A program made the position numbers and the translations under genes. This document shows positions 37,990-46,741 of a stretch of DNA of 46,741 nucleotides, piece after piece. The stretch's first letter is position 1; each line of letters begins with the position of its first letter. The stretch is from Hyphomicrobiales bacterium (lineage in GTDB: Bacteria; Pseudomonadota; Alphaproteobacteria; Rhizobiales; Aestuariivirgaceae), in contig JANNSP010000288.1 in the NCBI GenBank assembly GCA_031402975.1, positions 1 through 46,741 on the forward strand. Direction: 5' to 3'. The notes beneath the pieces are model-generated. The model did no database searches. It had not been told where the DNA came from and saw only the letters and a program-made list of their open reading frames with translations.

Positions 37990-39560
37990 TGGCGCCCGGC
38001 ATCGTGCATCTGTACAGGCTGATGAAGGCCGGCCGCACGATGGCACGCTACGATGCTCTTCTTCCGCCAGAACAGGTGATGGCGCTGCCATGGTTGGCCC
38101 GCGCCGGACTGCGGCTGGCGCGTTTTGGTTCGCGCTCGCCAGTGCTTGACCGGGAAAGCCGGCTGACGGCGGCGCTGTCGGCGCTGGGCCCCAGCTACAT
38201 CAAGCTCGGCCAGTTTCTCGCCACCCGCCCCGATCTGGTCGGAGCGGAACGCGCACTCGAACTAAGAGCGCTGCAGGACAGACTGCCGCCTTTCTCCATG
38301 GACGAGGCCCGGGCCGCGATCCGCGCCAATTTCGGCGTCGAGCCGGAAACGCTGTTCAGCGAATTCGGTCCGCCGGTGGCGGCCGCGTCCATCGCCCAGG
38401 TGCATCGCGCCCGCACCACCGAAGGCCGCGATGTCGCCGTCAAGATTCTGCGGCCCGGCATCGAGAAGCGTTTCGCCGCCGATCTCGAGAGCTTCTATTA
38501 CGCGGCGCGCTGGATGGAGCGCGCCGGCGCCGAGGCGCGCAGGCTCAGGCCCATTGCTGCGGTGCGGACTCTCGAACACTCCATGAAACTCGAACTCGAC
38601 CTTCGCATGGAGGCTTCGGCAATCGCCGAGATGGCGGCCAACACGGCGGACGATCCCGGATTGCGGCTTCCCACGCTCGACTGGCAGCGCACCGCCAAAC
38701 AGGTGCTGACCACCGAATGGATCGAGGCGACGCCGATTTCCAATATCGAGGCGTTGCGCGGAAGTGGCATCGACCTCAAGCGGCTGGGGGACACCGTCAT
38801 CCAGACCTTCCTCCGTCACGCCATCCGCGATGGGTTTTTCCATGCCGACATGCATCAGGGCAACCTGTTCGTCGACGCCACGGGAGATCTGGTCCTCGTC
38901 GATTTCGGCATCATGGGCCGGCTTTCGCCCAAGGACCGCGTGTTCCTTGCTGAAATTCTCTACGGCTTCATCACCCGCGACTACATGCGGGTCAGCCTCG
39001 TGCATTTCGATGCCGGCTATGTGCCCGACGATCGGGACCCGGCCGATTTCGCCCAGGCCTTGCGGGCGATCGGGGAGCCGATCATGGGCCGGCCCTCCAG
39101 CGAGATTTCGATGGCCCGCCTGCTGACCCAGCTGTTCGAGGTCACGGGCCAGTTCAACATGGTGACGCAGCCGCAACTCATCCTGCTGCAGAAAACCATG
39201 GTGGTGGTGGAGGGGGTGGCGCGCACCCTCAATCCCGATCTCAACATGTGGGTGACAGCCGAGCCCGTGGTGCGCCAGTGGATCGAGCGGCGCCTTGGCC
39301 CTGCGGGAAAGATCGAGGACGCCGTCGATGGATTGTCCTCGCTGGGGCGCATCGCCATGAGCCTGCCCGCGGTCCTCGACGATGCCAGACGCGTCGGCGA
39401 CATGCTGTCGGGCATGGCGCGCGACGGGGGGCTTCGTCTTGACCGCGATACCACCGAAAGGCTGGCGCTCGCCCAGGCCCGGCACAGCCGACTGCCGCGT
39501 ATGGCGCTCGTTGCGGCGGCCCTCGCCCTCATCGTCATCGCCGCGCAATTCGTGCTATAG
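37989..39560 (+). CDS. ubiB: Ubiquinone biosynthesis kinase-like protein UbiB
   Basis: LGPSYIKLGQ, AASIAQVH, VAVKILRP, FFHADMHQGN, DFGIMG. Confidence 0.96.
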   Translation: MAPGIVHLYRLMKAGRTMARYDALLPPEQVMALPWLARAGLRLARFGSRSPVLDRESRLTAALSALGPSYIKLGQFLATRPDLVGAERALELRALQDRLPPFSMDEARAAIRANFGVEPETLFSEFGPPVAAASIAQVHRARTTEGRDVAVKILRPGIEKRFAADLESFYYAARWMERAGAEARRLRPIAAVRTLEHSMKLELDLRMEASAIAEMAANTADDPGLRLPTLDWQRTAKQVLTTEWIEATPISNIEALRGSGIDLKRLGDTVIQTFLRHAIRDGFFHADMHQGNLFVDATGDLVLVDFGIMGRLSPKDRVFLAEILYGFITRDYMRVSLVHFDAGYVPDDRDPADFAQALRAIGEPIMGRPSSEISMARLLTQLFEVTGQFNMVTQPQLILLQKTMVVVEGVARTLNPDLNMWVTAEPVVRQWIERRLGPAGKIEDAVDGLSSLGRIAMSLPAVLDDARRVGDMLSGMARDGGLRLDRDTTERLALAQARHSRLPRMALVAAALALIVIAAQFVL

Positions 39561-39569
39561 CGCCACGCC

Positions 39570-40772
39570 ATGACAACGCTTTCCGGCAAGACCATTCTCC
39601 TCATCATCGGCGGCGGCATCGCGGCCTATAAATGCCTCGAACTGATTCGCCTGCTCAAGACCCGCGGCTGCCGGGTCAGAACCATCATGACGGCGGCATC
39701 GGAACAGTTCGTGACGCCGCTCTCGGTCGCCAGCCTCACCGGCGAGAAGGTTCACACCGCGCTGTTCAGCCTCACCGACGAACTCGACATGGGCCATATC
39801 GAATTGTCGCGCGCCGCCGATCTTCTGGTCGTCGCACCCGCAACCGCCGACCTGATGGCCCGGATGGCGCATGGCTTGGCAAACGACCTCGCATCGACGG
39901 CGCTGCTGGCGACCGACAAGCCGGTGCTGCTGGCGCCCGCCATGAATGTCCGCATGTGGACCCACGCCGCGACACAGCGCAATCTCGCCGTTCTCAAGGG
40001 CGACGGGATTTCTATCGTAGGTCCCAACGACGGCGAAATGGCCTGCGGCGAGTTCGGACCCGGCCGCATGGCGGAACCCGCCGAAATTCTCGCGGCGATT
40101 GAGTTTCGTTTGCAGCCACGGGCGCTCCCGCTCGCCGGGAAAAAAGTGCTCGTCACGGCGGGACCCACGCGCGAGCCGATCGACCCCGTCCGCTACATTT
40201 CCAATCACTCGTCGGGCAAGCAGGGTTATGCGATCGCTGAAGCGGCGGTGGCGCTCGGGGCTGAAACCGTGCTGGTGTCAGGTCCGGTCATTCTGCCGAT
40301 CCCGCCCGGGGCCGGCATGATCCCTGTCGATACCGCCGAACAGATGCTTCAAGCCTGCGAAGGGGAACTCCCCTGCGATATCGCCATCTTCACGGCGGCG
40401 GTGGCCGACTGGCGGGTGGCGAAAGTCGCCGGGAACAAGATCAAGAAATCCGGCCAGACGCCGTCGCTTGAGCTGACGGAAAATCCGGATATTCTCAAAA
40501 CCATCGCCACGCGCAAGAGCAATCGCCCGGCGCTGGTCGTGGGTTTCGCCGCCGAGACCGAGAATCTTGTGGAACATGCGCGCGACAAACTTTCCCGCAA
40601 GGGCTGCGACATCATCGTCGCCAACGATGTGAGTGCTGCAAAAGGCGTCTTCGGCGGCGACCTGAATACCGTGCATGTGGTGACGCGCGACGGGATCGAG
40701 GACTGGCCCCGGATGTCCAAGCGCGAGGTGGCGGAAAAGCTGATGCACATGCTCGCCGCCCGGCTTGCATGA
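39570..40772 (+). CDS. coaBC: Phosphopantothenoylcysteine decarboxylase/synthetase
   Basis: [48 protein letters not shown]. Confidence 0.96.
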   Translation: MTTLSGKTILLIIGGGIAAYKCLELIRLLKTRGCRVRTIMTAASEQFVTPLSVASLTGEKVHTALFSLTDELDMGHIELSRAADLLVVAPATADLMARMAHGLANDLASTALLATDKPVLLAPAMNVRMWTHAATQRNLAVLKGDGISIVGPNDGEMACGEFGPGRMAEPAEILAAIEFRLQPRALPLAGKKVLVTAGPTREPIDPVRYISNHSSGKQGYAIAEAAVALGAETVLVSGPVILPIPPGAGMIPVDTAEQMLQACEGELPCDIAIFTAAVADWRVAKVAGNKIKKSGQTPSLELTENPDILKTIATRKSNRPALVVGFAAETENLVEHARDKLSRKGCDIIVANDVSAAKGVFGGDLNTVHVVTRDGIEDWPRMSKREVAEKLMHMLAARLA

Positions 40773-41209
40773 TCGAGATCGCCATCATGCGTTTGCCCCA
40801 TGGCCAGGACCTGCCACTGCCGGCCTATGAGAGCGAGGGAGCGGCCGGCATGGATCTGCGCGCCGCCGAACCGGTGACGCTCCAACCCAGTGCTCGCTGC
40901 CTGATGCCCACCGGCTTTGCCATCGCCCTGCCGCATGGATTCGAGGGTCAGGTGCGGCCGCGCTCGGGCCTTGCCGTGAAACACGGGATCACCGTCCTCA
41001 ATTCGCCCGGAACCATCGACAGCGATTATCGCGGCGAGATCAAGGTGCCGCTGATCAATCTCGGCGAACATGATTTCAATATCGCGCGTGGCGACCGCAT
41101 TGCCCAACTCATCATCGCGCCGGTCACCAAAGCCCGCTGGGCTGAAACCCTGACACTCGATCCAACTGCGCGTGGAGAGCGAGGTTTCGGCTCGTCGGGA
41201 GCCGCGTGA
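40769..41209 (+). CDS. dut: dUTP diphosphatase
   Basis: [37 protein letters not shown]. Confidence 0.97.
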   Translation: MIEIAIMRLPHGQDLPLPAYESEGAAGMDLRAAEPVTLQPSARCLMPTGFAIALPHGFEGQVRPRSGLAVKHGITVLNSPGTIDSDYRGEIKVPLINLGEHDFNIARGDRIAQLIIAPVTKARWAETLTLDPTARGERGFGSSGAA

Positions 41210-42030
41210 TGGCGCTCTCTCCCGACGAAATCGAGCGTTATGCCCGTCATATCGTGATGCCGGAAGTGGGCGGCCCCGGTCAGCAGAAACTCAAGGCGGC
41301 GAAGGTTCTGGTCATCGGCGCCGGCGGCCTGGGCAGCCCCGCTCTGCTCTATCTGGCCGCCGCCGGCATCGGCACCATCGGCATCGTCGACAACGACACG
41401 GTGAGCCTGTCCAACCTGCAGCGCCAGGTCGCGCATACGACGGCGCGCGTGGGCCAGGCCAAGACCGCCAGCGCCCATGCCATGCTGATGGCGATCAATC
41501 CGCATGTCACCGTCATTGAACATCAGACGCGGCTCGATCACGCCAATGCGCTCGGCATCCTGTCGGGCTATGACATCGTCGCCGATGGTTGCGACAATTT
41601 CCCCACCCGCTTCCTGGTCAGCGACGCCTGTTATCTTCTGAAGAAAACGCTGGTGTCGGCGGCGGTCGGCCAGTTCGACGGACAGATATCGACCTTCAAG
41701 CCGCACGAAATGTCGCCCGATGGAACGCCGTGGCCCACTTACCGCTGCCTGATGGGCGAAATCCCGCCGCGCGGGTTGTTTCCAGCCTGCGAAGAAGCGG
41801 GGATTCTGGGCGCCCTTCCCGGCATCCTGGGCTCGATGCAGGCGATGGAGGTCATCAAGGAAATACTGGGGATCGGCGACAGCCTTGCCGGGAGGCTTCT
41901 GATGTATGACGCGCTCGCCGCCCGCTTCTACGAAACTGGCCTGTCATGGAACCCGGACAATCCGCTCAATGGAAACTCGCCGACGATCTCATCGCTGGAA
42001 CCGGAAAACTACGTGGCCGCCGCGATTTAA
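41209..42030 (+). CDS. moeB: MoeB/ThiF-family E1-like adenylyltransferase
   Basis: ERYARH, GAGGLGSP, SNLQRQ, DGCDNF.TR, CEEAGILG. Confidence 0.88.
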   Translation: MALSPDEIERYARHIVMPEVGGPGQQKLKAAKVLVIGAGGLGSPALLYLAAAGIGTIGIVDNDTVSLSNLQRQVAHTTARVGQAKTASAHAMLMAINPHVTVIEHQTRLDHANALGILSGYDIVADGCDNFPTRFLVSDACYLLKKTLVSAAVGQFDGQISTFKPHEMSPDGTPWPTYRCLMGEIPPRGLFPACEEAGILGALPGILGSMQAMEVIKEILGIGDSLAGRLLMYDALAARFYETGLSWNPDNPLNGNSPTISSLEPENYVAAAI

Positions 42031-42842
42031 CCGCCGTTCTTCAAATCCTCAGGCCGCGGCATCGAGATGACATTGTAGCCCGCGTCGACATAGTGGATTT
42101 CACCAGTGACGCCGCCCGAGAGTGGCGACAGGAGGTAGAGACCCGCTCCCCCCACCTCTTCCAGCGTGATGGCTCGCCGCAATGGAGAGTGCGCCTGCTG
42201 AAAGGAAAACATGGCGCGCGCGTCGCCTATGCCTGAGCCCGCCAGCGTCCGCATCGGACCGGCGGAAATCGCATTGACCCTTATCCCTTGCGGCCCGTAA
42301 TCGGCGGCAAGATACCGCACCGAGGATTCAAGCGCCGCTTTCGCCACGCCCATCACGTTGTAATTGGGCATGACGCGGGTTGAGCCGCCGAAGGTCAGTG
42401 TCAGCAGCGATCCGCCATTGGGCATCAGCGCTGCCGCGCGTTTCGCGATCTCGGTGAAGGAAAAACACGAAATCACCATGGTGCGGGTGAAATTCTCGCG
42501 GCTGGTCTCGGCGTAATTCCCCTTGAGTTCGTTCTTGTCGGAAAAGGCGATGGCATGAACGACGAAGTCGATCGTTCCCCAGACTTTTCCCAGTTCGGCG
42601 AAAACCGCATCGACCGTGGTGAGGTCTTCGACGTCGCAGGGCAGCAGCAGTTTCGAATTCACCGATTGGGCCAGCGGCGTCACGCGTCTGCCGAAGGCCT
42701 CGCCCTGATAGGTGAAGGCCAGTTCGGCGCCGTGACGGTTGAGTTCGCGGGCAATTCCCCAGGCGATCGAATGATCGTTGGCGACGCCCATGACGAGGCC
42801 GCGGCGGCCGCGCATCAGGCCCTGCACGGCAGCGTCAGCCAT
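42027..42842 (-). CDS. fabI: Enoyl-ACP reductase
   Basis: [34 protein letters not shown]. Confidence 0.96.
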   Translation of the reverse strand: MADAAVQGLMRGRRGLVMGVANDHSIAWGIARELNRHGAELAFTYQGEAFGRRVTPLAQSVNSKLLLPCDVEDLTTVDAVFAELGKVWGTIDFVVHAIAFSDKNELKGNYAETSRENFTRTMVISCFSFTEIAKRAAALMPNGGSLLTLTFGGSTRVMPNYNVMGVAKAALESSVRYLAADYGPQGIRVNAISAGPMRTLAGSGIGDARAMFSFQQAHSPLRRAITLEEVGGAGLYLLSPLSGGVTGEIHYVDAGYNVISMPRPEDLKNGG

Positions 42843-44049
42843 TATGGCGCTGGAAGATCAACGTGCCGTTGGTGCCGCCGAAACCGAAGCTGTTGGACAT
42901 CGCCGTGTCGATCCTCGCATTGTCGAGACGGGCTCGCATAATGGGGATATCGGCGAATTCGGGATCGAGCTCCTCGATATTGGCGCTCTCGCAGATGAAG
43001 CCCGACTGCATCATCAGGATGCAATAGATGGCCTCCTGCACGCCGGTGGCGCCGAGCGAATGGCCGGTCAGCGACTTGGTGGCGGAGATCGGGGGAATGT
43101 CCTTGCCGAACACCTCGCGGATCGCCTCGATTTCCTTCCGGTCGCCGATCGGCGTCGAAGTGGCGTGTGGATTGATGTAATCGATCTTGCCCTTTACCGT
43201 CGACATGGCAAGCCGCATGCAGCGCGCCGCCCCCTCGCCCGAGGGCTGCACCATGTCATAGCCATCCGATGTCGCGCCATAGCCCACGAGTTCGGCGTAG
43301 ATCTTGGCACCCCGCGCTTTGGCGTGTTCGAGCTCCTCGAGCACCACGGTTCCAGCACCGCCTGCAATGACAAACCCGTCGCGGTTCTTGTCATAGGCGC
43401 GCGACGCTTTCTCCGGCGTCTCGTTGTATTTCGACGACATGGCGCCCATCGCATCGAACAATACCGAAAGCGTCCAGTCGAGTTCCTCGCCACCGCCGGC
43501 AAACATCACGTCCTGCTTGCCCCACTGGATCATTTCGGCGGCGTTGCCGATGCAGTGGGCCGAGGTGGCGCAGGCCGACGAGATCGAATAATTGACGCCC
43601 CTTATGCCGAACGGCGTGGCCAGCGTCGCCGAATTGGTGCTCGACATGGCGGCGGGGACGGCAAAGGGGCCGACGCGCTTTGGACCTTTTTCGCGGGTCA
43701 CATCGGCGGCGGCGACAATGGTCTTGGTCGATGGCCCGCCCGACCCCATGATCAACCCGGTGCGATCGTTCTTCACGTCCTTGTCTTCAAGACCCGAATC
43801 GGCGATCGCCTGTTTCATCGCGGCGTAATTCCACGCCGCGCCATCGCCCATGAAACGGCGCACCCGCCGGTCGATCTGTTCAAGGTCGAATTGGGGTGCG
43901 CCATGCACCTGGCAGCGAAACCCCAGCCTGGCATAGTCGTCAGCCCGCACAATGCCGGATTTGGCCTCGCGCAGCGATGCCACCACCTCCTGGGTGCTGT
44001 TGCCGATGCTCGACACGATTCCGAGGCCAGTCACGACAACTCGCCGCAT
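42835..44049 (-). CDS. fabB: Beta-ketoacyl-ACP synthase I
   Basis: [43 protein letters not shown]. Confidence 0.96.
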   Translation of the reverse strand: MRRVVVTGLGIVSSIGNSTQEVVASLREAKSGIVRADDYARLGFRCQVHGAPQFDLEQIDRRVRRFMGDGAAWNYAAMKQAIADSGLEDKDVKNDRTGLIMGSGGPSTKTIVAAADVTREKGPKRVGPFAVPAAMSSTNSATLATPFGIRGVNYSISSACATSAHCIGNAAEMIQWGKQDVMFAGGGEELDWTLSVLFDAMGAMSSKYNETPEKASRAYDKNRDGFVIAGGAGTVVLEELEHAKARGAKIYAELVGYGATSDGYDMVQPSGEGAARCMRLAMSTVKGKIDYINPHATSTPIGDRKEIEAIREVFGKDIPPISATKSLTGHSLGATGVQEAIYCILMMQSGFICESANIEELDPEFADIPIMRARLDNARIDTAMSNSFGFGGTNGTLIFQRHNG

Positions 44050-44059
44050 GGATGCTCTC

Positions 44060-44581
44060 CTAGGCCGGGGTGGACTGGAACAGGCCGACCCGGAGGTCGG
44101 CCGCCGTATAGATGGTCTGGCCATCGGCTTTCAGCAAGCCGTCCGCGATGCCGAGATTGAGCTTGCGCAGGATGACGCGCCTGAGGCTGACCACATATTC
44201 GACCTTCTTGACCGTGGGCGTCACCATGCCGGTGAACTTGATCTCGCCCGCACCGAGCGCCCGGCCCCGTCCCGGCGCTCCGATCCAGCCGAGGAAAAAG
44301 CCCAGCAATTGCCACAGCGCATCGACGCCGAGGCAGCCCGGCATCACCGGATCGCCCTGGAAATGCGAGGCGAAGAACCACAGGTCGGGGGTGATGTCGA
44401 ACTCGGCCTTGATCTCGCCCTTGCCATGCTCGCCGCCGGTCTCCGACACATGGGTGATGCGGTCGAACATCAGAAGCGGCGGCAACGGCAATTGCGCATT
44501 GCCCGGCCCGAACAATTCGCCCCGGCCGCAGGCCAGCAACTCTTCATAATTGAACCACGATTTCCGCTCAGCCATGCTCAT
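44060..44581 (-). CDS. fabA: 3-hydroxydecanoyl-ACP dehydratase/isomerase
   Basis: [34 protein letters not shown]. Confidence 0.96.
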   Translation of the reverse strand: MSMAERKSWFNYEELLACGRGELFGPGNAQLPLPPLLMFDRITHVSETGGEHGKGEIKAEFDITPDLWFFASHFQGDPVMPGCLGVDALWQLLGFFLGWIGAPGRGRALGAGEIKFTGMVTPTVKKVEYVVSLRRVILRKLNLGIADGLLKADGQTIYTAADLRVGLFQSTPA

Positions 44582-44699
44582 GACGTTCCTTCGGGCGACG
44601 TTTCCGCCGTTCCTATCATGTTGCCCACCCGCTTTAAAGCCTCGTGGGCCGGGCGGTTTGCCAGGCCCGTCGTTTCCGGACTATAAGGGCCGTATCGTG

Positions 44700-45113
44700 A
44701 TGACCATGCCGATCGAAGACATTGCCGGGAAACTGAAGGATGCGGGGTTGCGCCCGACGCGGCAGCGCCTGGCTTTGGCCCAACTGCTGTTCGCCGCCGG
44801 CGACCGCCATGTGAGCGCCGAGGCGCTGCATCGCGAGGCCATTGCGGCGCGTGTACCGGTGTCGCTGGCGACCGTCTACAATACGCTGAACCAGTTCACC
44901 GCGGCGGGATTGCTGCGCGAAGTGGCGATCGAGGGCGACCGCAGCTATTTCGACACCAATATCTCCAATCACTTCCACTATTTCATCGAGGACGAGGGCC
45001 GCCTGTTCGACATCACGGCGGGAGACATCGCGGTGACCGGCCTGCCGCCTTTGCCGCAAGGCACCGAAATCGGCCGCATCGATGTCATCGTACGGTTGCG
45101 CAGGCAGGCTTAA
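44700..45113 (+). CDS. irr: Fur-family iron response regulator Irr
   Basis: GLRPTRQR, SLATVYNTLNQFT.AGLL, YFDTN, IDVIVRL; divergent from fabA as in many alphaproteobacteria. Confidence 0.88.
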   Translation: MTMPIEDIAGKLKDAGLRPTRQRLALAQLLFAAGDRHVSAEALHREAIAARVPVSLATVYNTLNQFTAAGLLREVAIEGDRSYFDTNISNHFHYFIEDEGRLFDITAGDIAVTGLPPLPQGTEIGRIDVIVRLRRQA

Positions 45114-45114
45114 A

Positions 45115-45723
45115 CTAGTCGACGTTCTCGCCCGGATAGACGCCCCACAGCATGGCCTGCTCGACCCAGCCTTCATAGCCGCCAGCCGAAATCAGGCACC
45201 ATTCGCCGGTGCAGGAGCGCACGTCACCCACGACCCCAGCGGTCATCCTGGCGGTCATGTCCTTGCTGCCGATCTCGGCGAACAAGGGAATGGTCTGCTC
45301 GCGCCGCCATGGCGCCACCAGCGCTGTGCGGCGGCCCGACAGCATGTTCTGCAGGATCCAGCCTTCCTCGCCGTCGCTGTCGCGGACGCGCCGCCAATTC
45401 TCGAATTCGGCGACGATCTCGACGGGGAGGCTCTTGCGCTTGAACACCCAGGCGACCGCGTGATCGCTGGACGGCCCGCGCCTGACATTCACCTTCTCCG
45501 CCTTAAGCGAAACGAATCGTGGCAGCGCCAGGCCCGACGGTCCGACGCGGCGTTCCATGGGTTCGATCGAGGCCGTCACCTCACCCGGCTGCTGGGCGAT
45601 ATTGGCGAGCGAATCCGTGTGCTTGCCGAAGAACGACCAGGCCACGGCGGCGCTCACGCTGAAGCAGGCGGCCGCCAGCAGGACCGAGCCGAACCGCCGC
45701 TTTCCATTGCTTTTTGCCGTCAT
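45115..45723 (-). CDS. Exported tandem bacterial SH3-domain protein
   Basis: N-terminal hydrophobic segment, PRFVSLK..VNVRRGP, WRRVRDSDGEEGW, C..EWC, LWGVYP. Confidence 0.85.
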   Translation of the reverse strand: MTAKSNGKRRFGSVLLAAACFSVSAAVAWSFFGKHTDSLANIAQQPGEVTASIEPMERRVGPSGLALPRFVSLKAEKVNVRRGPSSDHAVAWVFKRKSLPVEIVAEFENWRRVRDSDGEEGWILQNMLSGRRTALVAPWRREQTIPLFAEIGSKDMTARMTAGVVGDVRSCTGEWCLISAGGYEGWVEQAMLWGVYPGENVD

Positions 45724-45864
45724 TGCCCTCAAGGCAGATCCCTCTGTTGGACGAAACCGGAATTACCACCACCAGCGCCTCCGTGCAAACGGGGAAGCCG
45801 CGTGATACGATTGCCGAGATAGCGTTAAGATTGTGTCAAAAGCGGACCGGGAAGCAGAGATTCC

Positions 45865-46741
45865 ATGACCAAGCGCAAGCCCCTCGTCATCGTCACCAGG
45901 AAACTGCCCGACGCGGTCGAGACCCGCATGATGGAACTGTTCAACACGAGGCTCAGCAGCGACGACCACGCCATGGGCAAGGCCGAACTGGTGGAAGCCG
46001 TCCGGACTGCCGAAGTGCTGGTGCCCACGGTGACCGACCGGATCGACAAGGCGCTCATCGCCGAGGCCGGCGACCAGCTCAAGCTCATCGCCAATTTCGG
46101 CACCGGCGTCGACAATATCGATGTCGAGGCGGCGGTGGCAAAGGGCATCACGGTGACCAACACGCCGGGCGTGCTCACCGAAGATACCGCCGACATGACC
46201 ATGGCCCTCATCATGGCGGTGTCGCGGCGCCTGATCGAGGGGGCGAAAGTGATCGGGCCCGACAATTCCTGGGCCGGCTGGTCGCCCACCTGGATGCTGG
46301 GCAGCCGCATCTGGGGCAAGCGCCTCGGCATCATCGGCATGGGCCGCATCGGCACGGCACTCGCCAGGCGGGCCAAGGCCTTCGGGCTGCAGATTCATTA
46401 TCACAACCGGAAGCCCGTCCATGCGAAGATCGAGGAGGAACTCGAAGCCACCTATTGGGAGAGCCTCGACCAGATGCTGGCGCGCATGGACATCGTCTCG
46501 ATCAACTGCCCGCATACGCCCGCCACCTATCACCTCTTATCGGCCAGGCGGCTCAAGCTGATGAAGCCGACTGCCATCCTGGTCAACACGGCGCGAGGCG
46601 AGGTGATCGACGAGAACGCCCTGGCCCGCATGCTGGAAGCGGGCGAACTTGGTGGCGCCGGGTTGGACGTGTTCGAACACGAACCGGCGGTGAATCCGAG
46701 ATTGCTTAGAGCCAAGAAAGCCGTACTCCTGCCGCACATGG
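45865..46741 (+). CDS. D-2-hydroxyacid dehydrogenase (glyoxylate/hydroxypyruvate reductase type), 3' truncated
   Basis: Manual translation MTKRKPLVIVTRKLP..., NFGTGVDNID, NTPGVLTEDTAD, GIIGMGRIG, VNTARG, GLDVFEHEP, LLPHM. Missing from the ORF track because it is open at the window end. Confidence 0.92.
   Translation, partial: MTKRKPLVIVTRKLPDAVETRMMELFNTRLSSDDHAMGKAELVEAVRTAEVLVPTVTDRIDKALIAEAGDQLKLIANFGTGVDNIDVEAAVAKGITVTNTPGVLTEDTADMTMALIMAVSRRLIEGAKVIGPDNSWAGWSPTWMLGSRIWGKRLGIIGMGRIGTALARRAKAFGLQIHYHNRKPVHAKIEEELEATYWESLDQMLARMDIVSINCPHTPATYHLLSARRLKLMKPTAILVNTARGEVIDENALARMLEAGELGGAGLDVFEHEPAVNPRLLRAKKAVLLPHM

Noticed and set aside
44631-44640. Palindrome GCTTTAAAGC between fabA and irr
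   Set aside because: Only 10 bp, a single copy, and it does not match the Irr ICE pattern.
45714-46709. 331-aa plus-strand ORF in the track
   Set aside because: Wrong frame; the real gene is the 2-hydroxyacid dehydrogenase starting at 45865.
1-46741. Mobile elements, tRNA/rRNA, CRISPR arrays, defence systems
   Set aside because: No transposase or integrase motifs, spaced repeats or structural RNA signatures were seen, so the accessory region cannot be called a mobile island from this sequence.

Overview
High-GC bacterial chromosome segment, almost certainly alphaproteobacterial (Hyphomicrobiales-like; inferred from the maeB/mutS-glnD-murJ, ubiE-ubiB-coaBC-dut and fabI-fabB-fabA/irr blocks). 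It has two parts. (1) About 1-27.8 kb is an accessory catabolic region: SIS-domain deaminase, fused ATP-type dihydroxyacetone kinase followed by a 32-codon dhaL remnant, UxaA-type dehydratase, aldehyde dehydrogenase, an atypical DHDPS/NAL-family aldolase, two CUT1 sugar ABC systems (one with an in-frame amber stop in its binding protein), a NitT/TauT ABC system with a THI5-like binding protein, two tandem cytoplasmic sialidase-fold proteins, an Ldh_2 oxidoreductase, a GlxA-type AraC regulator, two SDRs, a DadA-like oxidase, a fold-type III PLP enzyme, a Rid protein and a cyclase-family hydrolase. A recurring non-coding motif (AAAcCGTCAAGATC) lies upstream of several of these units, suggesting one regulon for an unidentified substrate, possibly an amino-sugar acid or sugar/amino-acid conjugate (inference). 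(2) About 27.8-46.7 kb is core housekeeping genes. I see no rRNA, tRNA, CRISPR array or mobile element. Product calls come from motif recognition by eye; no searches were run.
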